Of a DNA stretch of 64,000 nucleotides, positions 48,976 through 60,955 are shown in pieces. The first letter of the stretch is position 1; each line of letters starts with the position of its first letter. Below the pieces are notes generated by a model. That model was given only the letters and a program-made list of their open reading frames with translations. It did no database searches and was not told where the DNA came from. The position numbers and the translations under genes are program-made. This stretch comes from Octopus bimaculoides (Eukaryota): NCBI RefSeq assembly GCF_001194135.2, contig NC_068982.1:11048099-11112098 (forward strand), in the 5' to 3' direction.

Positions 48976-49729
48976 TGCGTGCGTGTGTGTGTGTGTGGCC
49001 TATCCGTTTTTAATCATTTGAAATCTTCCTCTGAAGAAGAAGGAGCTGGTTTCTAACAGACATAAAATGCTCCATTGTTGGAATGTAGATAACAAAGACA
49101 ACGTCACGTTTTAAACTTGAGAAAAGTCTTCCATATTTTTACCGTTCCACTTACATATTACATCTGTAATGTGCGAATTAGCTGGTTAATTTCATTCTCT
49201 GAAAACGCTAGCTTATCCAGATTGTCACTCAGACATTTAATTGAAAAACCATAAGCACCAAGTATTATTGGTATGAATGTGAATTTGTAATCTGTATATG
49301 AAAGCTGGAAGTATTCACATCAGCAGAGCGGCTGACCCCTATTATGGTACATACTTTTTCTTGTATGTCCTAAGCAACAATAATCAGCCTGTAATGTTTA
49401 CACTTGACAGATGTTTTGATGAGAATCATCCACCCGTATTCTTTGTGTTGATTGTTCATGTATTCAATAACAGGAATTCTCAATATTTATTCCAGAACAG
49501 TTTTTCCTTTTCCCCACCGGAATGGCATTGTATGCTGTATTAGCAACAGCGTTTTGTCGCATACGAGGTCGACCTGAATGGCATTTTGCAGGAAGTCCTA
49601 ATCATATAAATATGTCTTCCACAGAAATATGACATAATCTACATTTTTACTTCACTGCCTTTTGTTCAGAAGATATTTCGTAACAATTTCCTGTTCTTGG
49701 ATAGGAAATACGTAGCCTTCAAAGTGTGA

Positions 49730-49930
49730 TGTGACGCAGAGGTGACGAGTCCAAGGGAGGGTACAACTCATGTCAAAATTACTGTCATCGTACGTTCTAA
49801 GTTCAAATTCCGCCGGGGTCCGCTTTGCCTTTTATCCATTCGGGGTCGATAAAGTAAGTACCAGTTGAATACTGGCGTCGACTTAGAACCTCCCCTAAAT
49901 TGTTGGTTTTGTGCCAAAATTTGAAACCAT
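49730..49930 (+). mobile_element. SINE family A
   Basis: GTTCTAAGTTCAAATTCCGCCGGGG...GGGGTCGATAAAGTAAGTACCAGTT...AATTTGAAACCA. Confidence 0.8.
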
Positions 49931-49963
49931 TGTTAGTCTCCTTCATACTCATGCATAGTCTTT

Positions 49964-49999
<36 letters not shown>

Positions 50000-50716
50000 N
50001 NNNNNNNNNNNNNNNNNNNNNNNNNNNNNNNNNNNNNNNNNNNNNNNNNNNNNNNNNNNNNNNNNNNNNNNNNNNNNNNNNNNNNNNNNNNNNNNNNNNN
50101 NNNNNNNNNNNNNNNNNNNNNNNNNNNNNNNNNNNNNNNNNNNNNNNNNNNNNNNNNNNNNNNNNNNNNNNNNNNNNNNNNNNNNNNNNNNNNNNNNNNN
50201 NNNNNNNNNNNNNNNNNNNNNNNNNNNNNNNNNNNNNNNNNNNNNNNNNNNNNNNNNNNNNNNNNNNNNNNNNNNNNNNNNNNNNNNNNNNNNNNNNNNN
50301 NNNNNNNNNNNNNNNNNNNNNNNNNNNNNNNNNNNNNNNNNNNNNNNNNNNNNNNNNNNNNNNNNNNNNNNNNNNNNNNNNNNNNNNNNNNNNNNNNNNN
50401 NNNNNNNNNNNNNNNNNNNNNNNNNNNNNNNNNNNNNNNNNNNNNNNNNNNNNNNNNNNNNNNNNNNNNNNNNNNNNNNNNNNNNNNNNNNNNNNNNNNN
50501 NNNNNNNNNNNNNNNNNNNNNNNNNNNNNNNNNNNNNNNNNNNNNNNNNNNNNNNNNNNNNNNNNNNNNNNNNNNNNNNNNNNNNNNNNNNNNNNNNNNN
50601 NNNNNNNNNNNNNNNNNNNNNNNNNNNNNNNNNNNNNNNNNNNNNNNNNNNNNNNNNNNNNNNNNNNNNNNNNNNNNNNNNNNNNNNNNNNNNNNNNNNN
50701 NNNNNNNNNNNNNNNC
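50000..50716. other. Assembly gap (N run)
   Basis: Continuous N run. Confidence 0.99.
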
Positions 50717-51224
50717 ATACATACAAAAATACCCTGTTGTTGATGTTGAAATTCCAATGAAGAAGACTTGGATCTAGGTTACATACATGGACACACGTGT
50801 GTGTGATTGCGTATGTGTGTGATTGCGTGCGTGTGTGTGGGGTGAGGTTTATACAGTGTTTATCTCAGTTTCCTTATTTTCTCTAATTTTCTCATTCATT
50901 ATTTCATCTTTTTATTTCGCCACAATATATCTTGAACGAAATCAAATGAAAACAAAAAACATATTTTGGTGCTTTTTATACAAAGATTTCCGCGTCTCCT
51001 TTGAACTTTATCTGAAATAAACAATGCACTTTCCTAGATAAGAAAGGTTTTCCTTTTTTTTTTTTTTTGTTTCATAGAAAGATACATAAAGTATCTGCGT
51101 GGTTGATCGACGTGTGAGAAATAGCTACGTAATCTCCCTCAAATTGCACCTTAACGGCTTACGAAAATACATATGCCTAAATAAAAAGATGGCATCGTTA
51201 TCACTTACCTGCAATTAGTTGCAG

Positions 51225-51328
51225 TCATTTGACTGCGGCCATGCTGGAGCACCGCCTCGAAAGTTTTAAGTCGAGCAAATTGATCCCAATACGTATTTCT
51301 TTTAAAGACTGGCACTTATTCTGTCTTC
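51225..51328 (-). mobile_element. SINE family E, 3' end running into a gap
   Basis: GTCATTTGACTGCGGCCATGCTGGAGCACCGCC. Confidence 0.8.
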
Positions 51329-51868
51329 NNNNNNNNNNNNNNNNNNNNNNNNNNNNNNNNNNNNNNNNNNNNNNNNNNNNNNNNNNNNNNNNNNNNNNNN
51401 NNNNNNNNNNNNNNNNNNNNNNNNNNNNNNNNNNNNNNNNNNNNNNNNNNNNNNNNNNNNNNNNNNNNNNNNNNNNNNNNNNNNNNNNNNNNNNNNNNNN
51501 NNNNNNNNNNNNNNNNNNNNNNNNNNNNNNNNNNNNNNNNNNNNNNNNNNNNNNNNNNNNNNNNNNNNNNNNNNNNNNNNNNNNNNNNNNNNNNNNNNNN
51601 NNNNNNNNNNNNNNNNNNNNNNNNNNNNNNNNNNNNNNNNNNNNNNNNNNNNNNNNNNNNNNNNNNNNNNNNNNNNNNNNNNNNNNNNNNNNNNNNNNNN
51701 NNNNNNNNNNNNNNNNNNNNNNNNNNNNNNNNNNNNNNNNNNNNNNNNNNNNNNNNNNNNNNNNNNNNNNNNNNNNNNNNNNNNNNNNNNNNNNNNNNNN
51801 NNNNNNNNNNNNNNNNNNNNNNNNNNNNNNNNNNNNNNNNNNNNNNNNNNNNNNNNNNNNNNNNNNNN
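51329..51868. other. Assembly gap (N run)
   Basis: Continuous N run. Confidence 0.99.
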
Positions 51869-51900
51869 GTATACATATATGTGTGTGCTTGTGTGTGTGC

Positions 51901-51936
<36 letters not shown>

Positions 51937-51959
51937 GTGTGTGTTTGCGTCTGTACTTG

Positions 51960-52158
51960 TCCGCCACCACCGCTTCACAACTGGTGCTGGTGTGTCTATG
52001 GCGCCGTAATCTAGCGGTTCAAAAAAAGCGGTTCGAAAAAAAGAGACCGATGGAATAAGAACCAGGCTTAAAGGAAAACAATAAGTACTGGAAGCGATTC
52101 TTCAAAGCGGTGCCCCAGCATGGCCACAGTTTACTGAATAAGACAAGTAAAAGAATAA
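51960..52158 (+). mobile_element. SINE family E, 3' half
   Basis: CGCTTCACAACTGGTGCTGG...AGAGACCGAT..AATAAG...CCAGCATGGCC...ACAAGTAAAAGA. Confidence 0.8.
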
Positions 52159-52175
52159 AAGAATATATTATACGA

Positions 52176-52292
52176 CGGGTTTCTTTCAGTTTCCATCTAC
52201 CAAATCCATTTACAAGGCTTTGGTCGGCCCGGGGCTATAGTAGAAGTCACTTGCCCAAGGTGTCACGTAGTGGGACTGAACCAAAGACCACA
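52176..52292 (-). mobile_element. SINE family E, 5' half
   Basis: TTTCAGTTTCC..TACCAAATCC..CAAGGCTTTGGTCGGCCC..GGCTATAGTAGAAG.CACTTGCCCAAGG. Confidence 0.8.
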
Positions 52293-52551
52293 TAGCCTGC
52301 GACTATATATACATCATCTTATAACTAACTTTGACGCATTTGACATAAACTTTGACGCATGTATTTGCGAAAATGAATTCTACAAGAATAAGTTTTCAAT
52401 AAGAATAAGAATTCAATAACATACAGTTAAAATTTGGTGATTTCAATTGTAGAGCTTCGGTCTTAATTGGAACAAAGAAAAATATCCACGTAGAACTTCG
52501 CACATACCAAAATCTATACATATATATATAACAAGTTTATTGTGCCCGCTC

Positions 52552-52607
<56 letters not shown>

Positions 52608-52972
52608 CGTCGTGAAGCAAGAATTAAGCCATCAGCAGTCTTATTCCGGAGCCAGTCTTAATTTCCTGCTGAAGTTCAATTTTCCTCTTGAATGCCCTTG
52701 AGCTAGACGTGGACGTCACACAGTGTCCGTCATTTCGACTGAAAGTTGTGTGACCTCGCATGCTTGCCATGTATCAATAACTCGATGAAGTGTTGTTGTT
52801 GTGATAACAGGTGACGCAGACGAGTATCTACAATAGTGAACTACTTTAAATTGAATATACAGCAACGGAACAAGCTGTTAGATAACAATAATAATAACAA
52901 ACAACAACAAACAACAACAATAATAATAATAATAGTAAGACAAGAAATAGAAACAAAATTGAAAGAAGAACC

Positions 52973-53026
<54 letters not shown>

Positions 53027-53719
53027 GGTAATCGGAGAGAATCAACACAAAACTCGATTTGAAAGCGACTGAAAAACATCGCCGAACTAAAACGTTTCAA
53101 TAAGAATATGTCACCTTCGAAAACAACAACACCAACAACAACATCGACAAATGACAAAGACACAAAATACGTTGTTGTTGTACGTGACATAACAAGAAGA
53201 TGAAGTTAAGAGAAAATTTGAACGAGGAACATGTCATATCTGATAAGCTGATATAGTGAAGAAAATGAAAGTGAAAGTAGAAAAAAATTTTTTTGAAAGC
53301 AAGTTTTCAACATTTACCGTTTCGTTAAATGCTCACACCAACATTTAGTTGTTTTTTAGAAGTCACTAAGCATTGGTAGGAATATTTGTTGTATTATTAA
53401 TACGAACATGTTCCTAACATACAATTCTTCGGTGTTTCAGTACATCAAGATTTTCAAAATGAATTAATGGGGAAAACAAAGATATAAAAAAAAATGTTTG
53501 AACGTGTTTCAAGGGAATTAAAACACACCGCGCACACAGACACACGCATGCGCACTCAAACGCGCGCGCGCGCATACACATATGCACAGACACACACACA
53601 CACACACACACACACATAAACAGACAGACACACACAAAGTAATTCTATTTTAACAACTACAAAACTTTTGTACATTTTTACATCACTTCGTCACACAAAC
53701 ACATTCACATATTCAAACA

Positions 53720-54348
53720 CAAACATATATATGTAAAATGTATATATATGTAAAATGTATATATATGTAAAATGTATATATATATATATAATGCTTACAT
53801 GCATATACACACAGATAAATACATGCCTGCATGCATACCTACAGATATGCATACACACACATATACATAAACACACACATACTTACACACATATATACAT
53901 ACATATCTACATGCATACATACACACACATGCATACATATACACACAAACATACACACACACACACATACATGCATACATACACACATATACACACGTGC
54001 ATACACACATACAAACACACATATATACACACATACATACACACATACATGCAAGCATACACACACATACACACATACATACACACACATACATACACAC
54101 ACTTACATACATACACACACATACACACATACCTAGATGCATACAAATATACACAAACATATATACATACATACACACACATACACACATACCTAGATGC
54201 ATACAAATATACACACACATACATACATACATAATACATACATACATACATAATACATATATACATACATACATACATATACAGGTATGTCTTAATTCTC
54301 TTTTGACAGGCATACAAATTTATCTCACAAACACACACACACGTAAAT

Positions 54349-54380
<32 letters not shown>
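53720..54380. repeat. Compound (CA)n/(CATA)n microsatellite with higher-order units
   Basis: Read directly; ATATGTAAAATGTAT occurs three times and ACATACCTAGATGCATACAAATATACACA twice. Confidence 0.95.
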
Positions 54381-54384
<4 letters not shown>

Positions 54385-54853
54385 CCACACAGACACACAA
54401 ACATAATAAACTATTGATACACTGTACGTTGCTTCCAACAGTTTTGTTTTGTTCTATTTCTTTTTTTTTTTGTGTGTGTGTGCTTGTGTGTTTTTTTGCT
54501 TTGTTTTTCCTTGTTAGGTGTAAAGGTTAAGAATGTTAAAGCAGAAATTAATACGAATTGTTAAACTTATTCTATTTTCATTTTCGAGAAGTGAGTATCA
54601 GAATCGGTAAAATGCCAGACAAAATAGTTTGTTGTATTCTAAATATGTTCCTTTACCTTCTAAGCTCAAATCTTGCCGATGTTGACCTTATCTTTCATGT
54701 TTCCAGAATTGAACGAAGAAATATCCAGTAAAGTGCTGGCGTGTGTAGAATCTACCATTTTATTCTCAGAGGATCTGTGACCGTACGTTTATGGATTTTC
54801 ATGAGTCTCATTTTTATTGAATGTTTTCACAACGTCATTGAACACAACTCACG

Positions 54854-55180
54854 GTGAAAGCACGTGACTTGGTGGTTAAGTTTTTTTGGCTCACGATCTT
54901 GAGATCTTGAATTCGATACCCAACGGTGCCTTGTATCCTTGGGTAAGACACTTTAGTTCACGTTGCCCCAGTCCATTCAACTGACAAAAATGAGTTATAC
55001 CTGTAATTCAAAAGGGGCCAGTCTTGTCACATTCTGTGCCACGCCGAATCTCCCTGAGAACTACATTAAGGGTAAGTGTGTCTGTGGAGTGCTCAGCCAC
55101 TTGCATGTTAATTTTACAAGCAGGCTGTTCCGTTGATCGGATCAACTGGAACGTTCGTCGTCGTAACCGACGAAGTGCCA
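54854..55180 (+). mobile_element. Hybrid SINE: family-B head and CORE-like domain with family-C tail
   Basis: CCTTGGGTAAGACACTT..CACGTTGC.CCAGT followed by CCTGTAATTCAAA..GTCTGTGGAGTGCTCAGCCACTTGCA..GATCGGATCAACTGGAAC..GACGAAGTGCC. Confidence 0.85.
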
Positions 55181-55244
55181 GTTAAGCACAGCTCCCTAAG
55201 CCTTAAGTATGTGCAGTGTTTTGTTTCAGTTTTGTTGTTTCTAC

Positions 55245-55450
55245 CACTGGCAGAATCGTCAATGCACCGAATAAAATACTAAGTAGTGTTTCTTCTGGCA
55301 CGCTACATTCTGAGTTCAAATTCCCGCTAAGGTCAATTTTGCCTTTCATCCTTTCGGGGTCGTTAAAATAAAGTACCAGTCAAACACTGAGGTCATGTAA
55401 TCGACTACCCCTCCTCCTCAAATTGTTGTCCTGGAGCCAAAATTTGGAAA
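55245..55450 (+). mobile_element. SINE family A
   Basis: CTGGCAGAATCG...TCTGAGTTCAAATTCC...CCTTTCGGGGTCG. Confidence 0.8.
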
Positions 55451-55489
55451 AATTAAAACTATTATATAGAAAGTACTTCACAAAATAAC

Positions 55490-55678
55490 AACGGTTTCAA
55501 ATTTTAGCACAGGGCCAATATATTTTGAGAATGGGGTAAGTCGAAGTAATCAAACTCAGTACTTGGTTGGTTCTTATTTTATCAACCTCGAAAGAATGAA
55601 AGGCAAAGTTGACCCAGGTGGAGTTTGAACTCAGACGGACGAAATACCGCGAAAGATTCTGCCAGCTCATCGCCTTAC
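55490..55678 (-). mobile_element. SINE family A
   Basis: GGTTTCAAATTTTAGCACA...GAATGAAAGGCAAAG...TTCTGCCAGCTCATCGCCTTA. Confidence 0.8.
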
Positions 55679-55685
55679 TCAGCTT

Positions 55686-55935
55686 AAGTGGGTCTTAACC
55701 AGGGACAACAGGACCCTTGGAGGTCCATATAAGATTTTGCTGTTAAAATATGTGGGCAATAAATTGTTTACACTTGTGTAATACACAAAATATTTTAACA
55801 TTTTTATACAATCCTTACTATTCCAGTATAAAAATATAAGAGGATTTTTTTTTAACGTTGAATGCCTATGGGTATCCACCCGAGTCAAATAGGAATCAAA
55901 GGGATCCACAGACAAAAAGTAGCTGAGAACCACTG
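55686..55935. mobile_element. hAT (Charlie-like) MITE, decayed
   Basis: AAGTGGGTCTTAACC...GCTGAGAACCACTG; internal GGTCCA..ATAAGATTTT shared with 27341-27664; TSD not recognisable. Confidence 0.65.
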
Positions 55936-56189
55936 CTCTACATAATATATATTTGCATGGCTTGTAATGCTAGATCCTTTAGATTTTCATTTTGGATTTG
56001 TTTATATATTTTTGAACATTCACATAGCAGTTATTATTATAAGAATTGTTTCTGTTTTCGAACATAAGCATTTAAAAAATATTGAATAACAACTGTGTTA
56101 AGGTTAGCGATTCAACTTGAAAGATTTTGGGTGTTATATCAGGTTAAAAGGTGAAGCTGAATTGAGAAAGATGCAGACAGCTAGCCAAC

Positions 56190-56580
56190 AAAGATCATGC
56201 AATTATATTATTCATGAGTACTGTCCACTAGACGGTAATTGTCTAGCAAAGCCGAAAGTATACAGTTCAAAGGTTGAATCAAACAGCAGTGATCAATCTA
56301 AAACATGTATTGGGGAAACGGAACTCAAGTTTAAAAACCGTTATTACAAGGATAAACATTCATTTGTCAGCCCCAACGGAAAATACGCTACGGTTTTGTC
56401 GAATTCGTGGAGACAAGTCCTCACGAATTCAAAATTCAACCTTATAGGAACGGGACTTCAAATCAAAGGCGTGACTTTTGTCTGAGCGGGAAAATGAGAA
56501 TTTAGACTCACAGCACAGTTTGAATAAAAGAAGTGCACTGTTAATGCCTTGTATGCAAACGGCTAAGTATCTTTTATGTA
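56190..56580 (+). mobile_element. Penelope-like element GIY-YIG endonuclease remnant
   Basis: SCNYIIHEYCPLDGNCLAKPKVYSSKV..KTCIGETELKFKNRY..KHSF..YATVLSNSW, then CDFCLSGK..LNKRS..C; fits the PLE EN pattern CNC...CPL.G.CL...VY.A.V....YIG.T...FK.R..NH..SF...T.LS..W...C.LCL.EK...LNKR.E. Confidence 0.85.
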
Positions 56581-57161
56581 AATACAAGACTCCTTGAATA
56601 TCGTTCTGGTTCACAAAAAACCCTTATTTTTCGAAATGTTTGATAGGTTTTACTGGTATATCTTTTAATATGTGTGTGCGCGCGTGCGTTTCTGCATGTT
56701 AGTATACGTATATAAACTTATGTATTTACGTATAGATATATACATACATGTATAAATATACACATAATTCGGTGAATACATGTATATCTAAGAGTGTAAA
56801 CATGTACATATGTATGCATCTGCAGAGGCGCATACAATATGAACACCTGCATATACACTCGTTGCTTTTTAAAAGCATTAATTAAAAGTATTAATTAAAA
56901 GTATTACTTAAAAGTGTTATTTTGGAACATTGCTTAAACAACAACGCAACTTCATGACTTGAGTTGTATAGAGTTTATGATGTTTACAATAATATCAATA
57001 TGAGAACCAGAAATGAAATAAAAAGCGAGAGCTTGAAGCAGCAGTTTTCGCATGCGATGTTCACAAAGGTTTTAAAATGATAACGAGAAGTGTTTCCTTC
57101 AACCTTGCGTTCCATATTTCAAAAAATATTCAGACAGTGGATATTCAGAACCAGGCTCAGT

Positions 57162-57206
57162 TTACCAGCTGATGATCAGAAACGAGAAACTCGGAGTACT
57201 CGAAGT
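57162..57206 (+). ncRNA. Hammerhead ribozyme-like motif with weak stems
   Basis: CCAG-CTGATGA-TCAGAAACGA-GAA-ACTC-G-GAGT-A-CTCG: intact core and stem III, 2-bp stem II, poor stem I. Confidence 0.45.
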
Positions 57207-57324
57207 CGGAGTGCTTCAGTTATAACACATTTAAGAATACTCTACATTTGTACTGAGTCCTGTAATTTATCTCTTCTGGTGAATCAACAGATACNNNNNN
57301 NNNNNNNNNNNNNNNNNNNNNNNN

Positions 57325-57367
<43 letters not shown>

Positions 57368-57842
57368 CAGTTAGGATATTATAACACATGTATACATACA
57401 TATATATGTGTGTATATGTGTGTGTATACACATACATATGCACATATACACGTGTGTAAAAAGTTGAAGGTGGATTGGTGGATTCGACCTTTAATCGGTG
57501 TGTCTATATGCTTATATGTGTATGTATGCCTCTATATACTTATATGATTACATATATATATATAAAGTAGTTGTATACTGCCAACTTAACGTGACAGTCC
57601 CAATAAGGGAATATACTACTGCTATTTAGCCCTAGGAAGCTGGGCCGCTTCCTGTCGGCCTTGACACATTTCCTGTGTCCTTATGTTTGCGAGGGGGAGA
57701 CAAACTCCTCCACTCAATATATATATATACACCTTACTACATATACGACAAGCATTTATTCTATAATTTTATAACTTTATATGTACCCTTACATGTATCT
57801 ATCTACTCGAACATCATAATAATAATTATATTTTAATATATA

Positions 57843-57881
<39 letters not shown>

Positions 57882-58320
57882 GCACTGAACCTATATAACG
57901 AGTATTATTTTTCTTTGCGATCATATGTAGCCATACTCTATCCTTCTCACATAATACTTACCAAGAATATTTATTTTCATATAACTTTATATATATACAA
58001 AATATTTCTTTATTACTTTATCACTTCTATATTTCTCGTCTTACCACATCTCTTAAAATGTCCTTTTATCTCTCTTCTTAATAGACTTCGTAAGTATAAT
58101 ATAACCTTAATCGTCATATTTCCATTTGAATTACCACTTTCCCTCATTTTCTCCTTTATTATACTTCCATGTTACCTTAATATGGATTTTGAGTAAACAA
58201 GAGTCCTTACTACACATCCACTTCATTCTTTTTAATTTCTCCTCCTCCTCCCCCGTATATTTTGATAAATGTCTACAGTAACTTTCTACAGTTCTATATT
58301 TAAGAGACGAGGAATTATGT

Positions 58321-58502
58321 ACATTATTTACATTCGACAGATATTTGTCCTCATCTTGTTTGAGATGAAAACCCTTAGTAATGAGAACCCAGGTTCGAAA
58401 TTTCCCCAAGACACCTGAAGAAGGCTGGAGGGTATATAAGCCGAAACGTTGTGTTAACAACAAACAAGATGAGGACAAATATCCCTCGAATGTAAATAAA
58501 GT
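58321..58502. repeat. 42-bp inverted repeat (39/42) enclosing a hammerhead motif
   Basis: 58321-58362 versus 58461-58502. Confidence 0.95.
58410..58455 (+). ncRNA. Minimal type I hammerhead ribozyme (Penelope-type)
   Basis: GACAC-CTGAAGA-A-GGCT(GGAGGGTATATA)AGCC-GAA-ACGT-T-GTGTT: 5-bp stem I, 4-bp stem II, palindromic stem III, GUU triplet. Confidence 0.85.
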
Positions 58503-59714
58503 AAATAATAAACTTTCTTGTATAACTTTACAATCATAATTGTTTTCACGCTAAACGTTCTTCATCTGTTTATGACTTTTTAAAAAATACCAAGTTTTGT
58601 CTTCAACGGTTAGATTTAATATACATTAGGTAACGTTTTCTCATTGAACATTTCTCTAAGTAACTCGCCCTACACTGCATATATGGAGATTTAATTAGCA
58701 TATCTATACTAATCTATAGACTTAAAATTATCGATATCTCTATATTTATATCGTCCCCTAACCGATCATCCGATGGTTGTGGTTTAATAATTGACATGAC
58801 TCCCATTACGATCACACATAGATAGGAACAGATAAACATGAAACTCATAGATCCAACTTCTCTGCTCCTTTTTTTAAGTTATTATTTTCTCTCTGCACTG
58901 ATCAGTACTTTGATATTTGCAAATTCTAAAATGAATTTATATCAATGTATGAAACGATTGTATGCATGAATAAACCTCTAACAACTTTTTAACATTTTTG
59001 ACAAATATGATTGGATTTGTAGAACTTCATTCCATAAATCAATCATACATTTAATACATATATATATATATGTATATATATATATANNNNNNNNNNNNNN
59101 NNNNNNNNNNNNNNNNNNNNNNNNNNNNNNNNNNNNNATATAAAATATATTTATATATATATTAGAAAAAATAATAAAGTACTCAGATATCTGGATGGTT
59201 GTACATTTACAATTTTTTATTAATATGTCACGTTTTAATAAATTAGCGCTTGCATCTATTCTAGTAGACTCTCCAGATTTAATTTTTCTTGAGAGAATTT
59301 GTCTCTTTTTATAGTATTATTGAATGTGTAGGGGTGGAGAGAGATATATAGGATAGTAAAAGAGGGTGAGGAATGGGGAGAAAGTGAGAGAGAGAGTGTG
59401 TGTGTGTTTGCGTTTGTGTGTGTGCGTGTTTTTGTGTGTGTGTGTGTGTGTGTGTTTGCGCTTGTGTGTGTGTGTGTGTATGTGTGCCTGTGTATCTGAA
59501 AATGGTGTCAATGGGAAAGAGAAGAAAAGAAAGAAGGAAGAGTGAAAGAAGAAAGGGAATTGTGTTTACAGCTGGTCAGTTCTTTGAATAGAAGATTAGT
59601 TGATTCTTAGCCTTTAAAAATGGCAAAACCAGGTGGCTATTTGGGGGGAAGGGCATTGTTTGGAATAACTTTTTTCCAATAATTCGTTGGCACCATTGAC
59701 TTTCAAATTCAAAA

Positions 59715-59755
59715 TGGCTGAAGACTAGCATCACGCGTGAAACTCAAGAGTACCA
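59715..59755 (+). ncRNA. Hammerhead ribozyme-like motif with decayed stem II
   Basis: TGG-CTGAAGA-CTAGCATCACGCGT-GAA-ACTC-AA-GAGT-A-CCA. Confidence 0.55.
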
Positions 59756-59838
59756 ACGAATTTGAATCAAACTGTTTTGATCCATACATGCAACACCCAA
59801 TAAATTTGTTGAGAGCCCTTCTTTTGTGTGTCCACTCA

Positions 59839-59879
<41 letters not shown>

Positions 59880-60128
59880 CCGTCACTTGCAAGCCAGTAT
59901 GACATGGTATCGTGTATAATGCTATCGCTAAGTGATCTAGGAGGTCTATGTTCAATCGAGCAGACATAAGTACCCTCTCGGCTCTCTCACCCGTGACACG
60001 GTAACACATCTAGACTGTGACAACAGGATGTAGAGAGGAGGGCTGGTGCTTTCCTCAGCTGAATAGACTGGAACATATAACGAAGTGCCTGTCTCAAGAA
60101 CATAGCACGTTCATGAATCAAATTTACT

Positions 60129-60236
60129 AGGTAGGTAGGTAGGTAGGTAGGTAGGTAGGTAGGTAGGTAGGTAGGCAGGCAGGCAGGCAGGAAGGTAGGT
60201 AGGTAGGTAGGTAGGTAGGTAGGTAGGTAGGTAGGT
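60129..60236. repeat. (GGTA)n/(GGCA)n microsatellite
   Basis: Read directly. Confidence 0.95.
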
Positions 60237-60955
60237 TAGACGGTAGCTAGGTAGATAAGCAGGAATGCAGATAACTACATAAATACATATGCAGTAACTT
60301 TGCAAGCAATTTTGAATGCTTGGATATACGATCTTCGTTCACTGGTACACTAATTTAATAGTCAAAATTACTAATAATAAAGACTTAGTAGCAGTGACGG
60401 ATTGTGTTTTGCTAAAACATAGCGAATCGCAAGAAGATAATTCAATTTCATATCCATTATACGACAGTAACTGTATAAGATAAGACAAATAACATTTCTC
60501 CGACGGAAAGTCTGTCTGACTTTCTAACTTCTATTCGAGTTCGTCATAATCTAAATAGTGAACGGCAGCAAATAATATATACGTCTAAACAGACGGGCAA
60601 ACAGAGAGACGAACAGACATAGGTAAATAGATTGAACGTTGGACAGACAGACAGACAGATAGATTCATACATACACGCTTGCAAATATATATATATATAT
60701 ATATATATAAACAAATAGTAAATGAGTATATGCATATATACGTACAGGTATGTGCATACCGACATCCACCTGTATGTATAGGTGCATATCTGGGTACAGG
60801 ACATTGCAAACAAAACGTAGACGAGAAAACACACAAGCCACATAGAGAACATTCTTCTTCATCAGCTACCCCCGTTTTAACACCGGCGTTTCGAAGAGCT
60901 GGGCAGGACGCATCGCTAAAACGGCTCTTCCCATGGACCTCAAATTAAATTTGTA

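Noticed and set aside
49298-49543. ORF with a cadherin-like flavour (LDR..DENHPPVF..VLIVHV)
   Set aside because: The DXNDNXPXF motif and repeat spacing are absent, and there is no adjoining cadherin repeat.
52846-53190. RTTTTYFVSLSFVDVVVGVVV resembling GPCR TM2
   Set aside because: There is an in-frame stop 6 codons upstream, the residues derive from (AAC)n-like repeats, and no other TM motifs follow.
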